NCBI GenBank assembly: GCA_964199315.1
Contig: OZ116704.1
Span: forward strand, 14,384,001-14,448,000
Length of the DNA: 64,000 nt
Source of the DNA: Orbicella franksi
Taxonomy: Eukaryota
Direction: 5' to 3'
The first letter of the stretch is position 1; every line of letters begins with the position of its first letter. This document shows, one piece after another, positions 1 to 12,600 of the stretch. The translations under genes were made by a program, and so were the position numbers. The notes beneath the pieces are model-generated. The model was not told the DNA's origin and made no database searches. It worked only from the letters and a program-made list of their open reading frames with translations.

Positions 1-122
1 GGCAAGAATCGTTTCTAGGGGCTTATGGTCTGACTCGACAATTACCATACGTATACTGGTGAAACCTCTCTGTTGAGAACACAATTGCAAGGAGCTCTTT
101 TTATATTTGGGCGTAGTTCCTC

Positions 123-2599
123 TCAGCTGCAGTCAGGGCTCTGCTTGCGTATGCCAGCGGGCCTTCCATTTTGAAGTAATGCGGCTCCCAGGCCCCCTTC
201 GCTTGCGTCACACTGAATGACTAGGTCCTTCTCTCGCTCATAGTACTTGAGCAGTGGTGGGGCTGTCACCGTCTCTTTGATCCTGCTGAATGCTCTATCA
301 TGGATCTCGTCCCATAAAAATTCTGTTCCCTTCTTGGTGAGCTGTCTGAGAGGCTGTGAGACCTCGGATAATCTCGGCAGGAACTTTGCTAGGTAACCCA
401 CGGTACCCATAATCCGCTGAACACCAGTTACATCAGTCGGCCTCTCCATCCGTAGTACTGCTTCAACCTTAGACGGGTCTGCCTTTATTCCCTCTGAGGT
501 CAGGAGATGTCCGATGTAGGGTACCTCTGTTTGCTTAAAAGCGACTTTTTGCTTGTTTAGCTTAATGTTACGTTCTTGGCATCGCCTCAACAGCTTCTTA
601 ATTTTGAGGTCATGATCTGCTATCGCACCCTTCATAGTGTCTCCAGTGCCTGCTACAAGGATGTCATCAGCTATTGCATATACTCCGTCAAGGCCTTCAA
701 CAGCTTCATGTAAACGGAGCTGAAATATTTCACTAGCGGGTGAAATCCCGAAGGGCATACGATTCCATTTGTATCTGCCAAAGGGTGTGGCGAAGGTCGT
801 AAGCAGTGAACTCTCTTCTGTAAGCTTTATTTGCCAATAACCATCCTTGCAGTCGACTTTAGTAAAGATTTTGGCCTTGCCCAACTCCGGCAGTATGTCT
901 TCAATGACTGGCATAGGGAAATGGCATCTCTTCAACGCTTTGTTCAAGGGCTTAGGGTCCAGGGAAAGGCGAAGGTTACCGTTAGCCTTCCTTGCGATCA
1001 CCACGGAATTTACCCATTCAGTCGGCCTCTCAACTTTCTCGATAACACCTCTAGCTTCCAGATCGTCAAGATATTCTTTAAGCGGGGTTCTTAAAGCTTC
1101 AGGCACTCTTCTTAACGGTTGTTGGACAGGTTTAACCGTTTCGTCAACTTCAAGTCGCAATGGAGTTCCCAGATTGCCAACGCCATCAAAAACATCTTCG
1201 CACTGGGAGCACACGTGTTCCAGGGTAAGTCCTTCGAACTGTCGGCTACTTGTCAAGTTCACATCCACATTTGCTGTAGAAGCGCACTCTGCAGGTTCGG
1301 AACACGGCTTGATCTTATCATTTCTGATTGTAATTAACTGCATTTGCTGGGCGGTTTTACTCCCGATCAGATTGACACAGTGTTCATCCTCTACAATGGT
1401 AAAGTTAACTTTGTACTTCCTTTTATCCCTGGAATTCGTCAGTTGAACCTTGCACTTTCCAAGCGGCCTGAGCGTAGAGGCGTTGTACATTTTTAGGAGT
1501 TGATTAGTGGGCGTGATCCTATTAGCATACTTCGTTCCTTTGATGGAGCTTAGCTTGAGTACATCACACGTTGCTCCGGTGTCGATTTGGAAATTAACTT
1601 CGGGTCCTCCCTTTAATTTCATAGCCGCAGTGATCTTTGATGGGATGTTGCTCTGTATCGCGTGCACCGAGTCGACTTCTGGAGTTAATTGAATCGTAAA
1701 CAGTGATTCACCAGAGTCACTGGAAGAGACTGAGACTGTGTTGACCGGTTTTTTCCTTCGTCCACGCTGCTTACACACTCTAGCGAAGTGATTACTCTTT
1801 CCGCACTTTCCGCAAGTCTTTCCATAGGCCGGGTATTTTTCCCTCTTGAGCACGTGATTTCCTCCACAGTACTTGCATTTTTTGGCATCCTTTGAATCTC
1901 TTGGGTCTTCCGGTAATCTTGGTTTTCTTTCGTTGCGATGTTTCAAAGCGTGTATTTCATTCGGATCCGTAGCTGTGGCGAGATCCTTTAAATGCTGTGC
2001 AGTTGTTTCTCCGCTTTTGCAGATGTCGATTGCTTTTTCTAGAGTGAGTTGTCTTTCTTGCAACAGCTTCTTTCTCAAGGCAGGCTCTTTAACACCAAAC
2101 ACTATTCAACACGTATAAGTGAATCATGTAAACACTGACAAAAATTACACGATTTCGCAAGTGTTCTAAGTGCCGATACATAGTGATCGATACTTTCATC
2201 TTCTTTCTGTGATCTGGAGTTAAATAAATACCGCTCGAAGGTCTCATTGGTTTGTCCGATGCAATATTCCTCGAATTTTTGAACAACAGAGTCGAGTACT
2301 TTCGAACTTTCGGGCGGGTTGAATGTCATACCTTCATAAATTTCAAGAGCTTCTTCGCCGATCGCAGAAAGAAAAGTTGCAGTCTTATATTCCTCGTCGA
2401 ACTGCTGGAGCCTCACAACTACGGCGTAATTATCCCAGGCTCTTTTAAATTTTTTCCAGTTAGCGGCAACGTTGTCAAGATTTAACGGTTTCGGCATTGG
2501 TATTCCACTCGGCAAAGAAGACATTTGCTGCATTTGTGCACTTCCAACGGACGCTTTATTAGTTGTATTTGTCGCCGTAGTTCCCTCGTCGCCTGACAT
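123..2599 (-). pseudogene. Gypsy gag-pol, disrupted
   Basis: A 1-nt frameshift near 2105-2115 breaks the expected IRDRIVFGV motif. There is a second frameshift near 150-160, an in-frame TAA near 105, and the first zinc knuckle has C>Y. Confidence 0.9.
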
Positions 2600-2624
2600 C
2601 TTGCAGTTACGCGGCGATTTTTTA

Positions 2625-2635
2625 TCCTGACACCA
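2625..2635 (-). promoter_or_regulatory. Primer-binding site TGGTGTCAGGA (tRNA-Leu-type)
   Basis: The minus strand reads TGGTGTCAGGA 26-36 nt upstream of the gag ATG. It is complementary to the 3' end of eukaryotic tRNA-Leu (established). Confidence 0.75.
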
Positions 2636-3453
2636 AGGAGTACGGTTTCAATCACGTGACAACAAGTCCCTACCACCATCAGTCCAATGGTAAAGCTGAG
2701 TCTGCTGTCAAGGAAGCAAAGAAGATCCTCAAAAAAACTGCAGCGTCCAAAAGTGACCCTTACCTGGCGCTGTTGGCTCATCGTAACACCCCACAGGAAG
2801 GATTTGGTACCAGCCCTGCCCAGCGTCTGTTAAGCAGTAGAACAAAAACAAACCTCCCTACTTCTAGCAACTTGCTGAAACCTAGCGTGGCTGAAGACGC
2901 TCTAGAGAAAGACAAGCTGAGAAAGTTGAAGCAGAAGTTCTATTATGACAGATCAGCAAACGACCTACGGGACCTTCAGAAAGATGACGTTGTTCGGATG
3001 CAACCCTTTCGGCTGAACGAGAAAACATGGAGGAAAGCGAAAGTGCTGAAGCCACTGGGCAGAAGATCGTATGTAGTGGAGTCAAATGGTCAGCTCTATA
3101 TCAGGAATCGGAGACACCTGAAACGTTCTGCAGAGGCTGATAGTGTTCCAGCTGAGGAATGGTCAACGCCTTCAAACCACCATGACTCTAAAGTTAAGGA
3201 TCACCTCGCCAATGAACAGCCAACGCTGAAGCCAGTGGCAACGACGAAAGTTAATCAGTCCACGACCACCACTGAGTCAAATAAGGATCAGCCCTTATCA
3301 GCCACTTCAGTAGACCAAGATCGAACCATCAAAGATCAGCCCTTGAGACAACAAGTGTCACCTACGGGGTGTGAAAGCCAAGTCCGTTCAAGAAGTGGGA
3401 GACTGGTCAAACCGCCTAGTCGTTTTACAGATCTTGTAACTCTTAAGGTCTAA
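2636..3453 (+). pseudogene. Gypsy integrase C-terminal half (5'-truncated)
   Basis: EYGFNHVTTSPYHHQSNGKAESAVKEAK (catalytic E region), YRNTP-like HRNTP, and terminal RSRSGRLVKPPSRF. It starts abruptly at the PBS of the opposite-strand segment. Confidence 0.92.
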
Positions 3454-3537
3454 CGAGTGACATTTTAAGAACTGTTAGCGTATAGAAGAACTGATTTTTT
3501 TTTTTTTTTCTGTTTTTACACTTTTTTTTTTTCTTTT

Positions 3538-3687
3538 GAGGGAAGGATGTTACGATATTATGCAAATTTCTGTAGCTGTAATTGTCAGCGGACTTTCTGC
3601 CGTACATATAAATTATGTATTTTGAATCGTTAGTTAAGTCTTCTACCGTTAGCTGTGTGAATAAAGCTTCGAAACAGCTAGCATACA
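3538..3687 (+). mobile_element. Polypurine tract and short 3' LTR of the Gypsy element
   Basis: GAGGGAAGGA (3538-3547) is followed by TGTTACG at 3548, AATAAA at 3660, and ...GCATACA at 3687. The right end is inferred because no second LTR is in the window. Confidence 0.6.
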
Positions 3688-4355
3688 ATGTATACTAATT
3701 GGGGACAATAAACAGACAAGAGAATTGAGGAGAATTTGAACGACGCGTTTCGCTACTATTTATACAGTATTGTAAAAAAATACTTCAGATGAATATGGAC
3801 AAGGCGAAATGATTTGAACAAAATAGTTGATAAATAGGAAAAAGAAACATTACACAAGAATCACTGGGAGTTCAGCAGTCACTAATATCGCCTTGGAAAG
3901 GGAAGAAAACAAAAGAAGAAGAAAGAAGTTATTACAACACGGGGTATTGGTATTTGGTAACCCATTCAAGCAGGAACCCCGCCGAACAGGGCTTAACTTT
4001 ATTGAGCGGAAAGGACGCGGTGCTGTCTTTGTGATATTATAATTGCCTGGGAAAATAAAGAACGAAAAAACAGGAATGAAAATGAGAATCCGATTATACT
4101 TGCTTTGCTGATCAGACAAGAAGCCGTACTTTCTTTATAATTGTCAATAACTTTTCAACGGCGTTATATCTCCTTGTGTACTCTCTTACCGTTGCGTTTT
4201 GCCAGTGGGCTTAAAGTTTAACTTAATCTTCGGATTAAAACCTCAAGTAGCATCAAAATTGTCACTGTTTACAGACAATCCATTTTCCAAGTTGAGTGGC
4301 TCATGGCCAGTTTGATTATTTTTTCTTTTCTATGTTTTGGGGACGCTTCCAGTAA

Positions 4356-4428
4356 AACAGTTATTCCACTCGCGCTTGTTGGATATCAGATGATTATGGC
4401 CAACGCGCGCTCGTGTAGTAATTTGTTA
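4356..4428. repeat. Remnant of a palindromic interspersed repeat
   Basis: Imperfect inverted arms TTATTCCACTCGCGCTTGTTGG and CCAACGCGCGCTCGTGTAGTAA. Confidence 0.5.
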
Positions 4429-5128
4429 ATTATTTATCTATTTTCGATAACGTTTCCTGCTTATTTTTTATGCAGAGTGAAAAATACTGCGCTTCACTAG
4501 AAAAGCATGACTCTGAAAAAAGTACAATATTGTAATCATTTGTTCTCTTTCTCAGTTCTAAAAGCCCTTTAATCAATCATTTCCATTTCAAGTAAGCGAA
4601 ATTCAGGACGAATAGTTATCAAAAAATCCCTTACACTTTCGCATATTTCGGGAGTCTTTAATTTAAGATTTATAAAAGGAAAGAATCGATTAAATAAAGA
4701 CCACGTGGTTCACTTATTGCTATCACGAAATTTTCCCTCTCGAGAAATATTAACCGGCTCTGTCTCGCAATCACCGATTCCAGTGAAGAATTAGTGAACA
4801 AAACGCGTTTCTGTGGAACACTGTGTTCGGTATCACAGCTTTCCACTCAGGTCTACTGTTTCATCGCCCTACAGTTACCTTCCCTGTGGTGTCGGCACTT
4901 CAGTACACAGGCCTTCCAATCGAATGAAGCACATCGGCCCAGGTCTAATTAACATAGATGCATGCCTTAGCTAGTGCCCTTTAAGTTGGAAGAGATGTGA
5001 GAGTACTGGTACAAGAGAAGTGAAAGGGTCGAGATTTCAGATTTAGATAACAAGTTGCAAGATTTGCAGTGGTTACTCCACATCAGGTAGACTCTTTACC
5101 AAGCCTGGCCTAAAACTCTCGTACGTCC

Positions 5129-5388
5129 TCATCGACTCCCTTCGACTCTGCCACGCTCTTCACGCTCTAACACGCGCCCTCATCGACTCCCTTTGACTCG
5201 ATCACACTCTTCACGCTCTATAACGCTTTACCACGCGCCCGCATCGACTCCCTTTGACTCGATCACACTCTTCGCGCGATCACACTCTTCACGCTCTACA
5301 ACGCTTTACCACGCGTCCTCATGGACTCCCTTTGACTCGATCACACTCTTCGCGCTCTATCACGCTCCCTCACCGACTCCCTTCGCTC
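5129..5388. repeat. Minisatellite, about 5 units of 50-80 bp
   Basis: Units begin TCATCGACTCCCTTTGACTCGATCACACTCTTCACGCTCT, with internal sub-duplications. Confidence 0.9.
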
Positions 5389-6694
5389 AGACAAATACAA
5401 AATTGGTGCGAACGTGATGAATTGAAGACAGGAGTCAAGAATCGCAGAGCAGTTTCGCTGACACGAGGCTTATTTCTTAAAAGCAAGGCCAAAAAGACAA
5501 AAATTCCCGAGCCAGAATTTTCGTCACCACTATGTTCTAGGCCCAGTCTCTCTCTTTATTTACTTTTCTGTTAGTCGATCACTTACTATGTCAGGTTTTG
5601 TTAACTAGACAAATAATTTGTTTATATACATGTAGAATAAATTTTATTAGTGTAAATTTAGAATTAATTTAAAGGTAAGTCCTTTAACTAGTTAGGTTTA
5701 AGCCTTCTTAAATTTAAATTAGATTTTATTATTGTAAATGTAGAGTTAAGTGTAACCTTAAACTTCCTAGTATAGTTTTTACTGTTTTAGGAACACCCAA
5801 CGGCCCTTTCCCTCTATGAGACAAGCCTGCATGGAATTGTGGTAGTTGTATTCATCAAGTCAATTCCAGTCCAGGTTTTGCAGGTTCAAGATGGCGGACG
5901 ACTTGAGAGGGGATGAAAAGTCGCTTTGAACGGACGACGTAGTGGCATTACATGTTCCGAATGCTTCAATAATGCAAGGAGAAACGCTTGGGTTAATTAT
6001 CTTTTCCCAAATGAGCCTGCATTGAGAGCGAAGTGGATAGCTTTTTCATTTTATCGACTTTTAAATTTTAAATGTTGTTATTTATCCATAGAAATCATTT
6101 TTAGATGCCATTCTGTTTTATAAATAAACTCATAGTATAGTTCATGATTGTTGTTGCTGCTTTAGAAATATATTGTCAAAGATTAAGGATTAAGGACTTA
6201 AGTTAAGAAGATCAACTGAGAGCAACTTGAGAAGGTAAATTTGAAAAAGGTGCCATGAACTTCAAATGAATATCAATAATCCGCTAATCTTACACTCATG
6301 AACATGATACAGTTGTAACATTGCTTCTACGAATGGTGAGAAAAACGCCATTCTCTGACAAGAAACAACTCGGTCTATTGAAAATAATCTAAATCTTGGG
6401 ACGGAAAATTAAGGACAGAGAAAGCAAATCACATTGTAACAGTTTCTATTATTTCTAATAACCACCAACTTGAATAAAAGTTAAGTTTACTTGTGAAAAT
6501 CAATGCATAAACTGCATTTCGTTTAGGAATCGCATATAGATAATGACGGGGAAAATTGGCAGGAAAAAAGGAGAAAAGGGGGGGGGGTGAAGGAACAGCA
6601 ACAGGGGGAGGAAAAAAGGTGGGAGAAAGAAAGGAGGAAAGGATGGAAGAAGTAGAGGAAGAGGTGATGCTGGAGGGATAGGAGAAAGGGACAG

Positions 6695-6974
6695 GACTCC
6701 GGATCGAGCGATCTGGGTTCGAGCCCTTGCTGGGGACATTGTGTTGGGTTCTTAGGCGGGACACTTTACTCTCACAGTGTCTCTCTCCACCCCGGTGTAC
6801 AGTACAAATGGGTACCGGCGAATTTAACGTTAAGGGATAACCCTGCGATGGACTAGCATCCCATCCAGGGGGAGTACAAATACTCTTAGTTGCTTCATAC
6901 TACAGAAACCAGAGATAGGTGCCCGCCAAAGGTGCCCGCCTGATGGGCCACTTAGCTCAAATGCAGACTTTACC
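6695..6974 (+). mobile_element. tRNA-derived SINE, 5'-truncated
   Basis: B-box-like GGGTTCGAGCCC, core CCCTGCGATGGACTAGCATCCCATCCAGGG, and 3' end GCAGACTTTACC. It matches the copies at 34832 and 37852. Confidence 0.85.
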
Positions 6975-9917
6975 GTCTTATACTTTGAGACAACAGGCTG
7001 TTTGTATTTTAGATGAATTTAGAGAAAGGCATCTATTCAGCTATTTATTTTTCTATTAGAGAGAGTCAAGGAGAATTATTTAAGTGCAGCGCGAACTAAT
7101 TTAAAATCACTTTTTCCTACATTTTCCTGCACGTAAACATCAGTCGCTGACACATGCATTTATCGGGGTCAGCTTTTTTATATAAGGAAGATATGAAGTA
7201 AGAAGGACATTATACTTTGCCCCTGGACGTTTTTAAACGCATTGACTCGACGAAATCTGACTCATTTTCTCAAAAGGAAAGCAGTGCAGTAGTTTCATAC
7301 GTTTGCCATCGACCTCCGTCACGCTCTTTTGCACATTCGTGACACCGTAGTTTTTGAATTCTAATTAGCCAACATTTCTTGACAAATATTGAACCTAACT
7401 TTCAAAGCCTAAACTACAGAAAATCTACCATAAACAAAGAAATAGAAGCGTCGCAAACGTCCGCTCGTTCGCAAGAATGAAACACTCTATTGGATCACTG
7501 GATTATACAATTCAATTCAAACTATTTTCTCTGCTTATCTCACTCGTTCTAGAACTTCCGTTGTCAAAATCAAATTTTAACTTTTCTTCCCCTATACGTA
7601 AGCGTGGGCAAATCTTAACTTCTTCGACTTCTTCTTCTTCTAAGCGAAGGGAACTGAAAATAGATTTTGAATTCCCCAAAAAGCTGGCAGAATTAGTGCG
7701 TAATTCTAAAGCGAATAGGAATAAATAGAAGGCGACTAGTTCGTTACGGTCAATGCATTGTTAGAAGAAGAATCGCGAGATCGCAGCATTGCGTTACATA
7801 TTCAAAACTCACTTTCAATCGTCAGCGAATCATTGCTCCGCCGATATTCAGTCAAAAGGTACATACCAAATCATTAATGATACTTATATTGTATAACGAA
7901 CGGTGTTTGAATTGTTGTTATCCACAGTGATCAGAAAAAGAGCTTTAATCATCAAGTGTAGAGGTTTCAAAAAGTGGTTGTTATGAAGTCGCGTCGCCAC
8001 GTTTCTCGGAAAAAAACACAGAATCTTTTGGCCCTTAAGACAATGTTGTGGGACCCAACCTCCGCTCAAACGCGCTTCGAACGCCTTGCAAAAAAGTTCC
8101 TTGACCGTCATGAGAATCCTCGAATCTTATCCTTGTTGAAGATCCTTACTTCTGCGTCCGTGCCTTCTTTGGCAAATTTGAAGCAAACTGAATACCTTGA
8201 AAAGGAAACGAAAAACCCTACAAGCTGAATTCACAATACAATTTAATAGAACGACCTGTTATTTGCAAAGATAAACCGTATAACAAATGAGTCCTATTCG
8301 CGAAATTTGCCAAAGCAAGGATTAAAGTGAGCAACAATTTTAGAGGGGAAAAACACTGGCCGAGAAATGATGTCTTGCGATTTTAAACAAGTTTTCTAGA
8401 GCCAACCACACTTTTCCTGAATAAGTTTCCAAAAAGTTTAACTATGTATATATTTCGAGGGAAATAGGTTACGCCGATGTTAAATCGAAAAGCTGAAAGA
8501 ATGAAACCTTTCCAAATGTAAATATGAAACATTTAAAATCCAAACATGGCTTCAAGCGACTTTCAGTTTCGAAAAAAATTCTTGTCAAAAAGAGCTATAT
8601 TCAAAGGAAATCATCGATAGGTTTATTTCTTTAATCAGGAATTATAAACTATTTGGCGTGTTTTACAGAATAAATGGGAGCGGCAGAAAATGGCCATGCT
8701 TGAAGGGACAAAAAATAACTGATCATTGATGAGTTCGTATGCTATTACAATAGATATATTTTCGAATCTTTTACACTGGAATGCCGCGATTTTTTGACAC
8801 AATTGATGTAGTGACTGATGACGGTTTTCTAATGTCAAAAGACCAACAGCTTCACACAACCAAAATAAGCCCATCTTAGCTGTACAAAATATACCCTAAA
8901 ACTAAATACAAGCACAGCACGCGCCGAGTAAAAGTCGTGAGCTGAACTGATTTTATTCACAAGCCTGGTTGCGGGAAAAGAACATTATTTTCTGTTACAA
9001 AATAACACACAGCAATTTTAATGATTCTATGACAAGTGATAGATTAAATACATATGTTACTTCGAAACATATGAGACACTTAAAGTGCAATTTGTGAAAT
9101 TTAACTTTCGGCACGTTTCAATAAAGCCCCACAAAAGCCAAAATAGAGAGCATAGTAAAACTACATTACAGAGCGCAGTTATCTACAGAAAAAAATAACT
9201 AATATAATTCAAAAATGTTCACAAGGGCAACAAAATTAGTTGAAAAGAATCTAGTCGTTTTGAAAATGAATGAAAATATGGAACGAAACCACCGGAGCGA
9301 AAATGAAGGAGAAGATCCATTTCAGTACGCGTCGATTTGCGTCACCGGATCGCCTCTCAATTTGCTGCAGTCTGGCTTCAAATGTTCAACAAATCCAAAC
9401 ATCGTGTTGACGGGATTTAATTTGTCCGTGATGCATAAGCTCCTCGTGTTGATATCATTTCATTGCTTGAATTTCCATGCACTTTTTTCTCCTCGCTGAT
9501 TCGTCATTCTGAAATAAACAAAACAATCAAATATGTAAATTATAAACATTGACGGTCTATGAAATCGGATTCCCGACCCAAAAATATTTAAGATACGGGT
9601 GAAAACTAAGAACATCGCGGAGTTCAGTTAAATGCGCAAGATCTTGAAACATGATAAAACGTCGTAAAAGGAGAAGAAATGGCACAGAACTAATTACAAC
9701 TATCATTATTCATTAATTGTATCTTAATTGCAGTGTGTATGGAAATTTGCGCGAAAATGTCATAAACGATTTTATATTCAAAGAAGTCTTGAAAGGGTTT
9801 AGAACATCGTGCAGTGAAAGTAGCTTTGTCTAATTGAGTTTACAACCCCTCCATCGATCTTAGAAGATGTTAACCAAGCAGCAACAACACTACAAATACA
9901 CATCGATGTAATTTTAC

Positions 9918-10228
9918 CTGCGGTTTCCTCTTCACCGCTCAGTTCTTCGAAGGAATATTTTGGTTCACTGTGCGACTTCTTCTTCTTCTTAAGTTCACCT
10001 GTAAACGAAGGAGCAATAACATTTAGCATTCAATCGCTCAACAAACAGCGCAACAGTAAAACCGCAGCCGAGAATAGAATATATATGCACTGTCTTACCT
10101 TTCATTGGCGCGTCCTCGGATGAGTTGATTGTAGGCCTTGTTAAAAGGCACCGAAAAGAGAATGCTATCGCTTGAAATTTCTCTTGGTCAGTCTTTCCTT
10201 CTAAGAGCTTTACCACTCTGGTATCCAT
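9918..10228 (-). CDS. Two spliced exons of an unidentified small protein or pseudogene
   Basis: Exon 10228-10099 (MDTRVVKLLEG...EDAPMK, donor GTAAGA), a 100-nt intron, then an 81-nt symmetric exon 9998-9918 (GELKKKKKSHSEPKYSFEELSGEEETA, donor GTAAAA). The 3' exon is unresolved. Confidence 0.45.
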
Positions 10229-11765
10229 TGCGTTTGGAATAACAGCGAGACTGGCGAGGTATTGAAATCGTAAAACCTTTGACCATGAATACTTGAGAAG
10301 GGAAAAAACCCTGCAGCCCTCTTATCTAAAAAGGGACATTTTCCACCAATCAGGATGTCCGAAGTGGCGTGGACCTTTTGTTTCATTGACAGAACTTGTC
10401 ACACGCGTTGTGGAGCTTAAAATATCAACCAATCAGAATGCGACGCTTCAGATAGCTGGAAAATTGCGTGACCATGACAAACAGAAAGCAATTAAATGTT
10501 GAGCGTCTGAAACAAAAGCAGATTAACATCTACTGAAAGAAAATAAAAGACGACGCTGGTTTCTTTCGCGATGAAATTAAACGCTGAACAAAGCAATATA
10601 CCCCAAGGCCATTTTGCAGAGTGCGGTTTCAACTCTCATATACACAATGGCCAAAAAAGGAATGATTCTTGCTTCAATTGTGATTCTATGATGTTCAGAT
10701 AACAGAATTCACGATGTAAAGATAACAGATCTCGTGCACAAAGAGGCATCAAAGACATTAAGAGATACATTTCTCGCCACCTTGGCGCTTGCAGAATGAC
10801 AGATTGTCATTTAAGCTGTGGGGTGCGTCCTCATTAGCACTTCTTAAACTGCATCACAAGCACATATTTTGGCCATGAATCATCTCGAAAGTGCTTCGCT
10901 AGCGCGTTTTCTAGTAAACCTCGAAAGTGCTTTGTTAGCGCGTTTTCAGGGAAAACGAAAAAACAATCAAGAACGACTTCTTTATGTCAATAGCCGTCAA
11001 AACAAAGAGATGATATCATCGTGGGAGAAAGAATTTGCACCCAAATCAGGAGATCGTTCGCCAAACCTAACTGAAGGTCACATTGATTGACTAGTTCAAT
11101 GAAAGACGTCATACTTTGAGCAAGAAGAGAAAGGCAATCCCACTTATTTGTATTGATACCTTGCACAACACGAAGGAGACAAATGAACCTCGACAAACGA
11201 AGTGAGCAAGAACGTTGCGCGTCGACCAAAGACGCGTTCTCCTGTTCTTTCAATACAAGCACCAACAGTCATGGTTTATTAGAATGTTCATCCACATCGC
11301 TTCGAACATTTGATAAGACGGGAAAGTCCCTCCTCTGATTGCCTTGCAACTAAACTGCGCTTTTTCTCGCCTTCTTATGGATATGAAGGCGTGGCGTGCG
11401 CACCTTTGTGACACAAACAAGAGGCACACATTTTGTCAGCGGAGAAACCAAGAGAAGTAAGAGAAGTACTGAACTTTTTTCTAGTGTAATTTACGCCCAA
11501 CTTTTCCCCAAAACGAATAAGCACGCATGTGTACTGGTTATCTTATGTAAAATTTTCTGAAGGAAATACAAACTCGCGCGTTTCTCATGTTTGTTTTCCA
11601 TTTAGTCCTCAGAGAGTTGAGTGCGGCGATGTAAAGTTTCGATCTACAAGGTAAGAGAAATGGTCGGCATTAAAAAAAAAATTCAACGCATATAAGTGCT
11701 AGTCAGGTGATTTTAACCTGCCAATCATTCGAATGTCGACTTCCCTCCAGTGGGCGCGCGACACC

Positions 11766-11772
11766 TATAAAA
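11766..11772 (+). promoter_or_regulatory. TATA box upstream of CaaX cassette A
   Basis: TATAAAA about 95 nt before ATG 11867, preceded by a GC-rich GGGCGCGCG. Confidence 0.5.
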
Positions 11773-11866
11773 CCCTGTTTTCCGCACAAAAACTCTTAGG
11801 TCTAGCTCGAGCTAGAAAACCCATTAGTTTCTTTCTGTCTACTATCCATTTTGAGAGAGAATTAAT

Positions 11867-12080
11867 ATGCCTGGTAAATCTAAATCAACTGGAAACACCA
11901 CCACAGATTCCGGCTACAATAACAGCAGCTCACAGACAAAACCGAACACGCAAAGCTCTTCAAGTAGTCGGGAATGTAAGCGCCTTTTTGACACTTTCCC
12001 GTTTTTTCGTTTTTAAAACATCTAACGAGCTTTTCTTCTTTGCTATTTCAGCGTATGACTCGAGCTGTACTATTCTATGA
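11867..12080 (+). CDS. CaaX micro-gene A, 45 aa: MPGKSKSTGNTTTDSGYNNSSSQTKPNTQSSSSSRESYDSSCTIL
   Basis: Exon 11867-11975, intron 11976-12051 (GTAAGC...CTAAC...TTTCAG, 76 nt), exon 12052-12088 with stop TGA at 12078-12080, then donor AAG|GTAAGC. Confidence 0.8.
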
Positions 12081-12341
12081 CGAAGAAGGTAAGCAAGTGT
12101 CCATATCTTTACAATGTGATTATCCGTATGTAGCTCACAACTCTTTCAATGTTGCGGGGTTGCGCGCCATTTTTTGAGGGGACGTGATTCGCCAGTCAAC
12201 CCTTTTTTTTTAAATCTGCTTGTCAAAGTCATCCAAACCGCGCATGGTCGTGTCAGTATATCTGGCGTCACCTTAGTAAGCATCATTACAGTCGAGTGTG
12301 AGTTTCCTCCGACTGGGCGCGTTACAATTTATCTCGCCGAA

Positions 12342-12600
12342 ATGCAACCAAACCCGACGCCAGAAAAGCCGCCAGAAAAGCCGCCAGAGAAGCCGCCAGA
12401 AAAGCCGGCACAATCTCAACTAAAGCCTAACGTCACTCCCGATCCAGGTTACAAACCGCCTGCTAACCAACAGTAACAGTGTAAGTTCATTTTTGCGCGC
12501 ACCTGTGGGTAAGATCGTCTTTCTCTCTTCCCGTTTGAACCATCTTACAAGCGTTTATTTCTTCCAGATCGTGTTCTGAAGAAGACGTAAAGACGAAAGT
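12342..12600 (+). pseudogene. Divergent cassette A2 with a 4x PEKP repeat; stop just before the donor and a degenerate second exon
   Basis: MQPNPT(PEKP)x4AQSQLKPNVTPDPGY keeps N-x3-D-x-G-Y. TAA at 12474-12476, in-frame phase-1 T|GTAAGT at 12481, acceptor TTCTTCCAG at 12568. No intact CaaX. Confidence 0.5.

Larger units (their letters stand above)
1..2635 (-). mobile_element. Decayed Ty3/Gypsy LTR retrotransposon internal region (PBS-gag-protease-RT-RNase H), running off the left edge
   Basis: Minus-strand ORFs 2102-2599 and 123-2102 carry a gag N-terminus (WKKFKRAWDNY), CCHC knuckle (CGKCGKSNHFARVC), protease (FQIDTGA), RT (VDCKDGYWQI, IADDIL) and RNase H start (QCDAS). Bases 1-170 continue as NYAQI*KELLAIVF..RFHQY..SDHKPLE with frameshifts and a stop. 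Confidence 0.95.

Noticed and set aside
831-2485. Plus-strand ORFs over the Gypsy element and minus-strand ORFs over the BEL element (54957-59924)
   Set aside because: Antisense shadows of long coding frames.
5129-5388. CRISPR-like repeat array
   Set aside because: There are no unique spacers and no cas genes; it is an ordinary eukaryotic minisatellite.
6695-6730. tRNA gene
   Set aside because: The B-box-like segments belong to SINE heads and there is no complete cloverleaf.
6429-6764. Pro/Ser/Phe-rich ORFs
   Set aside because: They arise from a low-complexity purine tract and the adjacent SINE.
9829-9858. Possible DRWRGCKLN* (CaaX-like) last exon for the minus-strand ORF
   Set aside because: It needs a 59-nt intron with a weak TAAG acceptor and lacks the family leader, so it is probably chance.
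10860-11430. Frame with several TGA stops that might be CpG-decayed Arg codons
   Set aside because: No recognisable domain; too speculative without a translated search.
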